64,000 bases of DNA from contig AP038806.1 in the NCBI GenBank assembly GCA_047150005.1, positions 2,784,001 through 2,848,000 on the forward strand, read 5' to 3'. A model generated the notes under the pieces. It saw only the letters and a program-made list of their open reading frames with translations. It did not search any database and had not been told where the DNA came from. How positions within the stretch are numbered: the stretch's first letter is position 1; every line of letters starts with the position of its first letter. A program made the position numbers and the translations under genes. Origin of the DNA: Nitrospira sp. GTDB taxonomy: Bacteria; Nitrospirota; Nitrospiria; Nitrospirales; Nitrospiraceae. Positions 9,651 to 18,296 of this stretch are shown here, piece after piece.

Positions 9651-12014
9651 ATGACACGATATCCATGTCGCCCTGAATCGGTGGCCTCTCGCGGTTCCGA
9701 TTGGCTACGAACCGGCATCGTGCTGGGTTTCCTCGTCGCAGCCTGCATGACCTGGCATTTTTCCGTCGGAAGCCAACGGGGATACTCCCAATCCATGGAG
9801 GCCGTCCCGCCGGTCACCGGTTTGTCACTGTTCCAGCAAGGGGACGAGGCGTTTCGACGCGGTGCGTTCGAACAAGCGGTCCAGGTGTGGCAGCAATCTG
9901 CACACATGGCTCACGAGGCCGGTAATCTGCGCGAGGAATGCGATGCTCGTGTGGCACTCGCGCAGAGCTACATGGCGCTTGGATTTCACACTCGTGCTGC
10001 CCAACAACTCGAGCTGGCTGTTGCCATTGCCCGGTCGGCTGGTGATCCATCCCGTCAGGCAGCTGCCCTCGATCTGCTCGGGCAAACCTATCTGACCGCC
10101 GGACGACCCGAGCCGGCCTTGGAAACGCTCGAGGATGCCCGGCGGCTGGCCGTAGAAGCGCAAGACCAGGTACGCATGGCCACGGTTCTTCACTCTCTCG
10201 GGACCACACAAGCGGCACTGAATCAGAACGATGAGGCGGCGGCCTCATTTAAAGAGGCTCGTCGTTTGGCACAGGTTGCCCATCTGGATACACTCGTTGC
10301 TACTTCAACAATCAACCTGGCCAAGATGGCGCTCGGAGCAAACCAATGGCAAGAAGCCGATGGTCTGCTCAACGAGGCGTTGGCGCAGAGCCGATCGCTT
10401 CCTGACTCACATGACAAGGCGTACGGTCATATTTCGATCGGCCTCGGGTTTGCCGCCCTCCATGGCCATCTCCCGCCAAACGGGGACCGTCGCGCGATAG
10501 CTGCCGAAGTGCTCGAAGAGGCCGGTGAGATTGCTCAAACGCTTGGTGATGCCCGTGCCGCCTCATACGCTCTCGGGTATCGTGGCCATCTCTATGAAGA
10601 GGAACGCCGTTACGAGGAGACATTGCTCCTCAGCCGGCTTGCCATTGGCTTTGCCCAACAGGTGCATGCACCGGAGTCACTCTATCAATGGGAATGGCAA
10701 ACAGGCCGAGCGTTGAAGGCGCAAAACCACCTCGATCACGCGATTCCGGCCTACCAACGAGCGGCAGATCTCGTGCAGACATTACGGCCGGAAATGGTGG
10801 CCGGTTCAGCTTCGTTCAGGGAATCCAGCGGCCGACTGTTCTTCGAATTGGCCGATCTCCTGCTGCAGCGGGCGAGTGGCACTTCGGGGAGAGAAGAAGC
10901 GCAACCGTATTTGATGAAGGCGCGGGAAGCCGTGGAGCTCTTTAAGTCGGCGGAGCTGCGGGATTACTTCCGAGACGAGTGCGTGGACGCGTACCAAACC
11001 CGTTCGACTAAACTTGAAGATGTTTCACATCGAGCGGCCATTCTGTATCCCATCATTCTTCCGGATCGTACCGAGTTGCTGGTGAGTCTGCCCGATGGCA
11101 TGCATCGACTGACCGTCCCGGTCAAACAAGAGGACATCACGGCAGAGGCACGCGCCTTTCGGACGATGTTGCAGAAGGAAACGACGCGTGAATATCTCCG
11201 CCGTGCACAACGGCTCTATGATTGGCTCTTGAGGCCACTTGAGACGACGTTCGCGAAATTTGATCTCGATACCTTGGTGATCGTTCCAGATGGTCCGCTT
11301 CGAATGATCCCGTTTGCCGCGCTGCACGATGGAAAGCAATTTCTGATCGCCAAGTACGCCGTGGCGACGACGCCAGGGCTGAATCTGACGGATCCCAAGC
11401 CCCTGGCGCGAGACCGCATAGAAGTGCTCTCAGCCGGGCTTACTGAAGGCGTGCAAGGATTTCCGCCCCTCCCGAACACCGCGGAAGAACTGAAGGCCAT
11501 CGGAGCGATGTATAAGACGCATCGTCTGCTCAATGAAGAATTTCGCGTGCCGCAACTCGAGCGGGAGATGAAAGAAACTCCGTTCACGATCGTGCATATC
11601 GCGTCGCACGGCAAATTCGAACGCGACGTAAAGAAGAGCTTTCTGCTGACGTACGATGATAAGCTGACGATGGACCGTCTGAATCAGGTCGTAGGCTATT
11701 TCCGGTTCCGGGACCAGCCGCTCGAACTGTTGAGCCTCAGCGCCTGCCAGACCGCGGCGGGGGACGACCGCGCGGCGCTCGGGTTGGCGGGAATCGCGAT
11801 CAAAGCCGGCGCGCGAAGCGCTCTCGCCACTCTGTGGTTCGTGAACGACGAGGCCTCGTCGGCGTTGGTGGTGGAGTTCTATCGTCATTTGAAGAATCCG
11901 GCCAACTCGAAAGCGATGGCGCTTCGACAGGCTCAGTTGAAGTTGATGGAGAATCCGGATTTCCAGCATCCGATCTTTTGGTCGCCGTTTCTCATGTTGA
12001 ACAACTGGCTGTAG
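9651..12014 (+). CDS. TPR-repeat + CHAT (caspase-like clan CD) protease, probably exported
   Basis: N-terminal hydrophobic segment, TPR-like helices, LVIVPDGPL..IPFAALHDG, catalytic VHIASHG and LSACQTA, ATLW.V.D, FWSPF. Confidence 0.92.
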   Translation: MTRYPCRPESVASRGSDWLRTGIVLGFLVAACMTWHFSVGSQRGYSQSMEAVPPVTGLSLFQQGDEAFRRGAFEQAVQVWQQSAHMAHEAGNLREECDARVALAQSYMALGFHTRAAQQLELAVAIARSAGDPSRQAAALDLLGQTYLTAGRPEPALETLEDARRLAVEAQDQVRMATVLHSLGTTQAALNQNDEAAASFKEARRLAQVAHLDTLVATSTINLAKMALGANQWQEADGLLNEALAQSRSLPDSHDKAYGHISIGLGFAALHGHLPPNGDRRAIAAEVLEEAGEIAQTLGDARAASYALGYRGHLYEEERRYEETLLLSRLAIGFAQQVHAPESLYQWEWQTGRALKAQNHLDHAIPAYQRAADLVQTLRPEMVAGSASFRESSGRLFFELADLLLQRASGTSGREEAQPYLMKAREAVELFKSAELRDYFRDECVDAYQTRSTKLEDVSHRAAILYPIILPDRTELLVSLPDGMHRLTVPVKQEDITAEARAFRTMLQKETTREYLRRAQRLYDWLLRPLETTFAKFDLDTLVIVPDGPLRMIPFAALHDGKQFLIAKYAVATTPGLNLTDPKPLARDRIEVLSAGLTEGVQGFPPLPNTAEELKAIGAMYKTHRLLNEEFRVPQLEREMKETPFTIVHIASHGKFERDVKKSFLLTYDDKLTMDRLNQVVGYFRFRDQPLELLSLSACQTAAGDDRAALGLAGIAIKAGARSALATLWFVNDEASSALVVEFYRHLKNPANSKAMALRQAQLKLMENPDFQHPIFWSPFLMLNNWL

Positions 12015-12076
12015 CCGGAATTGAACACGTCTCGCAAGAAAGACAAAGGTCCCCTTTCCCCGGTGTGCTTCCTCGC

Positions 12077-14020
12077 ATGCGAAGCGCCCTGAAAGTCTTT
12101 CAGTCACCGCTCGTCGCGAGCGTCGTGATCGGCTTTCTCTGTGCTCTTGTCATTCTCGGCGTGCGCAGCACCGGCCAGCTCCAACAGCTGGAGCTCTCTC
12201 TGTACGACTGGCTGCTGCGGTCGCGGCCGATGCCGGCCGTATCCGATTCGCGGATCACGTTCATCACGATTTCCGAGGAGGACATCCGCCAACAGGGCCG
12301 ATGGCCTATCACGGACGAGACCCTGGCGCAAGCTCTCCGCCTCCTGCTTGCGCACAAGCCTCGCGCCATCGGTATAGACCTCTACCGGGACATCGACGTC
12401 CCGCCAGGGCATGAGGACCTTACGGCGCTTCTCACGCAACAACCCCGGATCGTCATGGTGACTCAGGTCGGAGGCGGGACCGTGATCCGCATTCCTCCTC
12501 CTCCGGCGTTGGAGGGGAGCGAGCAAGTGGGATTCAACGACATCCTCATCGATTCCGATGGGCTCATCCGTCGGGCCTTGCTGTTCCAGGATGATGGAGA
12601 TCAAGTCGCCTATTCATTCGGTCTCAGGCTCGCCCTGCTCTACTTGGCGGGCGACGGGATTGTTCCGCAGCCGGATCCGTCCAATCCTGACCTGATTCGA
12701 TTGGGCCCGACCACGCTCAGGCCGTTTGCTTCTTCAGACGGGGGGTATGTGAATGCGGATGCGGGCGGCTACCAGATTGTGCTGGACTTCGGCGGCGCTG
12801 CGGCGCCGATGAGGACGTTTTCCCTGAGTGATCTGCTGGCCGGCCTTGTGGAACCTCGGCAGATTACCGATCGTATCGTGTTGATGGGCGTGACGGCCGA
12901 AAGCGTGCCGGATCTCTTTCATATTCCGGTTCAATACGGCTCTCACGCTGGAGACCTGTTCCCCGGAGTCTTTCTGCACGGGATCGTCATCGAGCAATTG
13001 CTGGCCGCAGCCAAGGACGGCCGCAAACCGATCCACGTCCTGAGCGAGACTGCGGAAATTGCTTGGACCCTGCTGTGGGGAATGCTCGGTGGCGCACTGG
13101 GTGTCTTCGCTCGTTCTCCGTGGCGCTTCTCCCTGATCACAGTCGGAGGGCTGCTTCTGCTGACCGTGATGGTGATTTGGCTATTCTGGTCCGGATGGTG
13201 GGTGCCCGAAGCTCCGGCCGCGATTACATGGTTCGTCACGGCCTCAGTCGTGGTCGCCTCGACGCTGGGTCGAGAACGAAAAGAACGGGCGCTCTTGATG
13301 CAGTTGTTCTCCCGGCATGTCTCGCGGGAGGTGGCCCAGGCCATCTGGCACCAGCGAGAGCAGTTCCTCGAGGACGGTCGCCCGCGGCCGCAGGAACTCA
13401 CAGCGACGGTGTTGTTCTTGGACTTCAAAGGCTACACAGCGGCTTCGGAAAAGATGACCCCGCAGGCCTTGATGGCCTGGGTCAATGCCTACCTGGATGC
13501 CATGACTCAGGTCGTCATGAGGCACGACGGAGTCATCGATGACTATGCGGGCGACTCGATCAAAGCGAATTTCGGGGTCCCGTTGAAGCGAGCGTCGAAT
13601 TCGGAAGTCGCCACGGACGCGATCAACGCGGTGACCTGTGCCTTGGCGATGGAGCGGGAGATGCACAGGATGAACGAACGACATGAGGGGAACGGGCTTC
13701 CCACCGTCGGCATGCGCATCGGGATTCACACCGGTCCGGTGCTGGCCGGATGCGTCGGAAGCGCCGAGCGCATGAAGTATACGACGGTGGGAGATACGGT
13801 CAATGCGGCGGCGAGGCTGGAAAGCTTGGATCGGGAGGTCGTGGCGGAAACACCGGGCCGGCGGCCCTGTCGGATCTTGATCAGCGGGGCGACGGCCCAA
13901 TTACTCGGCGAGCGTTTTCACCTCGAGCGCCTCGGTGAAGTGAGTGTCAAAGGCAAAGCCCAGCCCATTGTCACGTATCGAGTCACCAGCCACATCGGAG
14001 AGCAAGTCGGAGCCAGATAA
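12077..14020 (+). CDS. CHASE2-domain membrane adenylate/guanylate cyclase (class III)
   Basis: TM, CHASE2 (RWP...AIGIDLYRD, GFND...DSDG.IRR), three TMs, cyclase motifs TVLFLDFKGYT, YAGD, RIGIHTG, YTTVGDTVNAAARLE. Confidence 0.9.
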   Translation: MRSALKVFQSPLVASVVIGFLCALVILGVRSTGQLQQLELSLYDWLLRSRPMPAVSDSRITFITISEEDIRQQGRWPITDETLAQALRLLLAHKPRAIGIDLYRDIDVPPGHEDLTALLTQQPRIVMVTQVGGGTVIRIPPPPALEGSEQVGFNDILIDSDGLIRRALLFQDDGDQVAYSFGLRLALLYLAGDGIVPQPDPSNPDLIRLGPTTLRPFASSDGGYVNADAGGYQIVLDFGGAAAPMRTFSLSDLLAGLVEPRQITDRIVLMGVTAESVPDLFHIPVQYGSHAGDLFPGVFLHGIVIEQLLAAAKDGRKPIHVLSETAEIAWTLLWGMLGGALGVFARSPWRFSLITVGGLLLLTVMVIWLFWSGWWVPEAPAAITWFVTASVVVASTLGRERKERALLMQLFSRHVSREVAQAIWHQREQFLEDGRPRPQELTATVLFLDFKGYTAASEKMTPQALMAWVNAYLDAMTQVVMRHDGVIDDYAGDSIKANFGVPLKRASNSEVATDAINAVTCALAMEREMHRMNERHEGNGLPTVGMRIGIHTGPVLAGCVGSAERMKYTTVGDTVNAAARLESLDREVVAETPGRRPCRILISGATAQLLGERFHLERLGEVSVKGKAQPIVTYRVTSHIGEQVGAR

Positions 14021-14036
14021 CGTTCGCGCCCATCCC

Positions 14037-14807
14037 TCAATTCGACTGAGCCATCAGCGCGTTCGATGCGACATCAGCCAGTCCCACCTGCTCAAGCAGC
14101 GAGGCGCGTTGCTGACGCCACTCATTGTTGGCCGGATTGGATTGAATGCGATCCGTGAGCGCCATAACCGTGTCATACCAAATTCCCGCCTCTGCATAGC
14201 GCGCTGGAGCTTCCGCGTCGGTGATGACAGTCGTCATTGGCGGCTGCAGTTTCTCCCGATCGATACGTTCGATCGCTCCCTTTGCCACGACATTGGCGGA
14301 ACGTTCCTCGGCGTCCACAATCAATGACACCGACCATTGGTACCGTTCTCCCGGCGACAGCTTCACGTTATAATCCGCCAGCTTGATCTGCTGAAGGCCG
14401 GCCTGCGCCGGAGGCGGAAGCTTCGCGTCCACGACCGGAGCCTCGGCATTGTCACCGATCAAGGTGAATTCAAACGAGAACGCCTTGTCCTGTTTGGTTG
14501 GTGTGAACCAGTAGAGAACCGGTTGTTCCAACAGTGTCCAGCCTACATGCTCGGGAGCCAACAGGCTGATGACGGGCACGCTCTTGTTCAAACCACGAGT
14601 CCCTCCGCCTCTGCGTGTCGTCGTCGCAGGAGCACCCTTGTGGGGTGGTTGATATTTGATAGCCTGCTTAGGCTGGGGCTGAGAATCCTTCGCCTGGGCC
14701 ACAGGCGGCACTGTCGTGCCAGCTTGTTCTTCCGAGATTGCCACAAGGGGAAGGCCGAAAAGCAGACTCGCGGCCAGACCACACACAGTCACCGTTTGTC
14801 GTTTCAT
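14037..14807 (-). CDS. DUF928-domain exported protein
   Basis: Signal peptide, RRGGGTRG, LLAP..GWT..P.LYWF, YQWSV, YAEAGIWYD, LLEQVGL; AGGAGG RBS; family usually adjacent to CHASE2/CHAT genes. Confidence 0.8.
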   Translation of the reverse strand: MKRQTVTVCGLAASLLFGLPLVAISEEQAGTTVPPVAQAKDSQPQPKQAIKYQPPHKGAPATTTRRGGGTRGLNKSVPVISLLAPEHVGWTLLEQPVLYWFTPTKQDKAFSFEFTLIGDNAEAPVVDAKLPPPAQAGLQQIKLADYNVKLSPGERYQWSVSLIVDAEERSANVVAKGAIERIDREKLQPPMTTVITDAEAPARYAEAGIWYDTVMALTDRIQSNPANNEWRQQRASLLEQVGLADVASNALMAQSN

Positions 14808-15258
14808 AGATAGGCCCTCCTGTCATCTGTCAGGTGCGTCATCTTGACCGGTCCTCGCCCGTGCCAAATACCGAATACAAGGCAAGGGACGGGCCAACCC
14901 ACCTCATAAAAATACGTAAAGGTCACCAAGCTGAAACTCTATGACGGTACAGCCACTTTTTGATGACCTTGATCTCCACGATCCCCACCTGTCGGACTTG
15001 GTTCATTCAGGTTTGTTCTTCATGCGAAAAAACGCATTCAGTCTGGATCGAAAGTGATTCGAGATACGCAGATTGGCTCACGTAGATATCGAGAGTCGGA
15101 GCCTGAAATGGGCTTCGCAGCTGTTCCGTGACTCGCATTGTCGTGAGTGGTGATGCAGGTCTTTTTCGGGGGAGTTATCGCTTGTGCGGCGAGGAGTTTC
15201 CCCTCCGACGACCCGGTCAGCTCGGAAGATTTTATATGCCCAATGATACCCCCTGTGA

Positions 15259-15294
15259 ATCCCCTCACTTGAGGGGATAGCTAACTGTGGGGGT
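15259..15294. promoter_or_regulatory. Tandem operator-like box, copy 3 (perfect palindrome core)
   Basis: ATCCCCTCA-CT-TGAGGGGAT followed at 16-bp period by AGCTAACTGTGGGGGT. Confidence 0.55.
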
Positions 15295-15366
15295 TGTGGT
15301 CTGACCGTCCCTGCCGTACAGAGGACGAGGGAAGAGTTGAATGTTTCCGTGATGATCGGCCCTGAC

Positions 15367-15792
15367 ATGATGCTGCATCTGAGCAAGAGCATCCGTGTGC
15401 TGGCTGCCGCCAGTCTCCTGACGGCCTGCGGGGAACCGGTGTTTGAGAACGCCGGCAGTCCGAACAGCCTGGCGCTGGACCGCGAGGCCTGTGTCATGGA
15501 GATTGATCAAAGTCCCGAGGCATTCAGGTATCGTCAAAACCCTGCGGCCCATCCTGACTATCCGGTCGAGGCGGTAGAGGACATCAATACGTGCATCGAG
15601 AAGAAGGGTTGGAGGCTGGTGCGTTCCAGATCGGAACAAGAGCAGGTGCGGGATGCGGTAGCTTCCGAAATGAGTCGCTCTCCTCATCCCGTGCCCTTGT
15701 CGGATCCGAAAGGCATAGAGGCCTTGAAGCGAGCGATCGAGGACAAGCTTACGCGTGCCGGATCAGTGGAGAGTACGTCGAAGAAGGAGTAG
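15367..15792 (+). CDS. Putative lipoprotein
   Basis: Lipobox LLTAC after a short hydrophobic leader; DREAC...CIEKKGW pattern; start uncertain (15337-15370). Confidence 0.65.
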   Translation: MMLHLSKSIRVLAAASLLTACGEPVFENAGSPNSLALDREACVMEIDQSPEAFRYRQNPAAHPDYPVEAVEDINTCIEKKGWRLVRSRSEQEQVRDAVASEMSRSPHPVPLSDPKGIEALKRAIEDKLTRAGSVESTSKKE

Positions 15793-15895
15793 TACTATAA
15801 GCAAAGCTGAGAGGTTGTTTCCGCCATTCTGCTCCTTGTGCCAGGCTGGTCCCGTCCGGTTGAGGTCGCGCCATGCGGGGATGGTGTCGAAGGGG

Positions 15896-16534
15896 CTAAG
15901 ATCCCGATCGGAGGCCCCCGTCGGGCTGGTCGGCCGGCGGCATTTGTCCTACCCCGTCCGGTGTCGAGAAGATCATGCGGGCGAGCAGACCCGTCCGGGT
16001 CGTCGTATGGGTTTTGTGCATGATGCGTTTGAGGTGTTCCTTCACGGTATATTCGCTGAGATTGATCCGGCTTGCGATTTCTTTGTTGGTAAACCCCAGC
16101 ATCAGGTAGATAATCACTATTTGCTCGCGCTCGGTCAGGTGATACCGCTCCTGAACGATGGAATTCAGGCCTTCGGCCTGCTGCGGAAATGGTTCGATGA
16201 TGATGAGGAAGCGGCTGTTGGACTGAAACGGCTCTTCCGGGACGCATAAGCCCCGAATGAGGAGGCGGTGCGTCGAGTTCAGGTGGACCCGTTCAACTTG
16301 AATGGACTCACAGTCCTTCGGGTGGGAACATTTGGCCAGCTGACCGGCTAACTCCCGCACGACCGTATGAACTTCCGGTGGGATGAGGTCGCTTCCACAT
16401 TCCTGAGTTGCGGGAGAATGAATATTCCTCAGGAGCGTCTGCGCCTCCTCATTCATGAACAAGAGTTGCTCGGAACTGGTGAAAAGAATGACGCCTGTAG
16501 CAATGTCTCTGGCAGGACGGCCTGGTGATATCAC
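15896..16534 (-). CDS. LuxR-family HTH regulator with PAS-like N-terminus, no receiver domain
   Basis: LTEREQIVIIYLMLGFTNKEIASRINLSEYTVKEHLKRI; N-terminal GVILF...LFMNEEA. Confidence 0.88.
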   Translation of the reverse strand: MISPGRPARDIATGVILFTSSEQLLFMNEEAQTLLRNIHSPATQECGSDLIPPEVHTVVRELAGQLAKCSHPKDCESIQVERVHLNSTHRLLIRGLCVPEEPFQSNSRFLIIIEPFPQQAEGLNSIVQERYHLTEREQIVIIYLMLGFTNKEIASRINLSEYTVKEHLKRIMHKTHTTTRTGLLARMIFSTPDGVGQMPPADQPDGGLRSGS

Positions 16535-16987
16535 GTTATGCCCTCATGACTTGCCCATTCCGCATCAGACAAGTGGCAGGGGTGGACGGGGCGCTGATTA
16601 TCTCTCTACCCCCGTGATAAGCGAGCAGAGTGCAAGACATAGACCCGGTACTTTTCCCCGTTCCCCTGAGGGAGTAAAAGCGCGTAAGCCTATAGTGATA
16701 AGGATCGGCAAGTCAAAGCGGGGACTATACGTACGGCAGGCTATGCAGGGCTTGTCAAGTCAGGATCATGGATTCAGCCATCTCATGCATCTAATGAGAT
16801 TCAGCTGGGATCAAATCACATTCTAAAGAGGTGACTGTACAGGCGAGCCAGCCGGTACGCACTCCAATTGGTTCCCACCATGCTATTGATTCCTACTTTT
16901 CCCGGTGTCTTGGCCGGGGTATCCTGCTCCCCTTGAAATTGAGACCACCTCTACGACATGGTCCTACGACGGACCGAGGAGGTGGCG

Positions 16988-17314
16988 ATGGCAGCAGAAG
17001 CAGCAGAACCCATTGAACGGTGGACGGCCAAGCGACGCGTGGCATTGGTCGTGAGTATTCTGAAGGGTGAGACCTCGGTGGCCGAGGCGGCCCGGCAGCA
17101 CGGCCTGACCGTGGCGGAGGTGGAGGCGTGGCGTGAGAAGTTTCTCCTCGGCGCCGAGAACGCGCTCCGGACTCGGCCCAAGGACGAGGAGGCCGTGAAG
17201 GACGAGCAGATCAAGAAGCTGAAACAGAAGATCGGGGATCTGGTCGTGGACAACGACATCTTACGGGAGGCCTTGAAACCCTTCCCTTTGGACCGGAAGA
17301 CATCCGACGCGTGA
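16988..17314 (+). CDS. IS3-family transposase OrfA (HTH + leucine zipper)
   Basis: RWTAKRR...SVAEAARQHGL...W...IKKLKQKIGDLVVDNDILREA; GAGGAGG RBS before ATG 16988. Confidence 0.88.
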   Translation: MAAEAAEPIERWTAKRRVALVVSILKGETSVAEAARQHGLTVAEVEAWREKFLLGAENALRTRPKDEEAVKDEQIKKLKQKIGDLVVDNDILREALKPFPLDRKTSDA

Positions 17315-18144
17315 GAGCCCGCGTGTCGGGTGTCTCCGAGCGACGGAGTTGCCAGGTGCTCCGCGTGAACCGAGCCGGTCTGCATCGGACGAGAGCAACG
17401 GAGGGACGACGCCGAGGCCCCACGGCACCCCCGTGGCTGGAGCGGATGCGGTATTGGATTCAGCAGCATCCCACGTTTGGGTATCGCCGACTCTGGGTGA
17501 TGTTGCGGTATCAGGATGGGATCCTGGTGAATCGCAAAGCCGTGTATCGCGTGCTGAAGCAGCAGGGCTGGTTCGTCCACCAACGCGTGGCGACCCCGCG
17601 CCCTCGGGTGCGAGGCTGGCGCAGTCGGGCTGGGCAGAGCAATGAACGGTGGGCGATGGACGTGACGCATATTCCCTGTGGCCAGGACGGCTGGGCCCAT
17701 CTCGCGGCCGTGATCGACTGTCACGATCGGGAAGTCATCGGCTACGAGTTCGCGTTGCGCAGTCGGGCCAAGGAGGCGGAGCGGGCCGTCGAAGCGGCGT
17801 GCCTGCAGCGGTTCGGGACGTTGCGGCCTACGGGCGCACCGGTCCTCCGCAGTGACAACGGCCTGATCTTCCAGAGTCGCCGGTTTCGACAAGCCTGTCG
17901 GGACTATCGGCTCCAACAGGAATTCATTACGCCCTATACGCCGGAACAGAACGGGATCATCGAGCGGTTCTTCCGGAGTCTGAAGGAGGAGTGCGTCTGG
18001 CAACACACGTTCCAGACGTTTGAGGAGGCGCGACGGATCATTCGGGACTGGCTCCATTGGTACAACGAGGGACGACCGCACAGCGCCTTGGCGTATCGGA
18101 GTCCCGTCCAATTCCGCGCGCAACAGTCAACCCAGGTGGCTTGA
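17311..18144 (+). CDS. IS3-family transposase OrfB (rve DDE integrase core)
   Basis: GYRRL, WAMDVTHI, SDNG, PEQNG.IERFFRSLKEE, YN..RPHSAL; -1 frame relative to OrfA. Confidence 0.92.
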   Translation: MRARVSGVSERRSCQVLRVNRAGLHRTRATEGRRRGPTAPPWLERMRYWIQQHPTFGYRRLWVMLRYQDGILVNRKAVYRVLKQQGWFVHQRVATPRPRVRGWRSRAGQSNERWAMDVTHIPCGQDGWAHLAAVIDCHDREVIGYEFALRSRAKEAERAVEAACLQRFGTLRPTGAPVLRSDNGLIFQSRRFRQACRDYRLQQEFITPYTPEQNGIIERFFRSLKEECVWQHTFQTFEEARRIIRDWLHWYNEGRPHSALAYRSPVQFRAQQSTQVA

Positions 18145-18296
18145 TTTCAGGGGAGCACTACAGGGGCAGCGGCCCATATTCCAAGGGTTCATGTAAACAT
18201 ATGAATCGGCTCGGAAGGTGGCGGGAAGCACGGGCATCCGAGGGCGATTGTTGGGATCGAAGAGTACCGGTGTCACTGTGCCGGACGTGCAGACGA

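Larger units (their letters stand above)
16920..18162 (+). mobile_element. IS3-family insertion sequence (IS2-like ends), 1243 bp
   Basis: IRL TATCCTGCTCCCCTTGAAATTGAGACCACC vs IRR revcomp TGTAGTGCTCCCCTGAAATCAAGCCACC; flanking GGGG duplication at 16916-16919 and 18163-18166; orfA/orfB. Confidence 0.88.

Noticed and set aside
9651..12014. TPR-CHAT as part of a type III-E CRISPR (Craspase) or other anti-phage system
   Set aside because: No cas genes or CRISPR array in the window; neighbours are secretion and signalling genes.
11834..12076. N-terminal extension of the cyclase overlapping the CHAT gene
   Set aside because: ORF-caller longest-start artefact; protein-like sequence and first TM begin at ATG 12077.
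14820..15250. Riboswitch or small ORFs in the DUF928-lipoprotein intergenic region
   Set aside because: No recognisable riboswitch consensus; short ORFs lack RBS or motifs.
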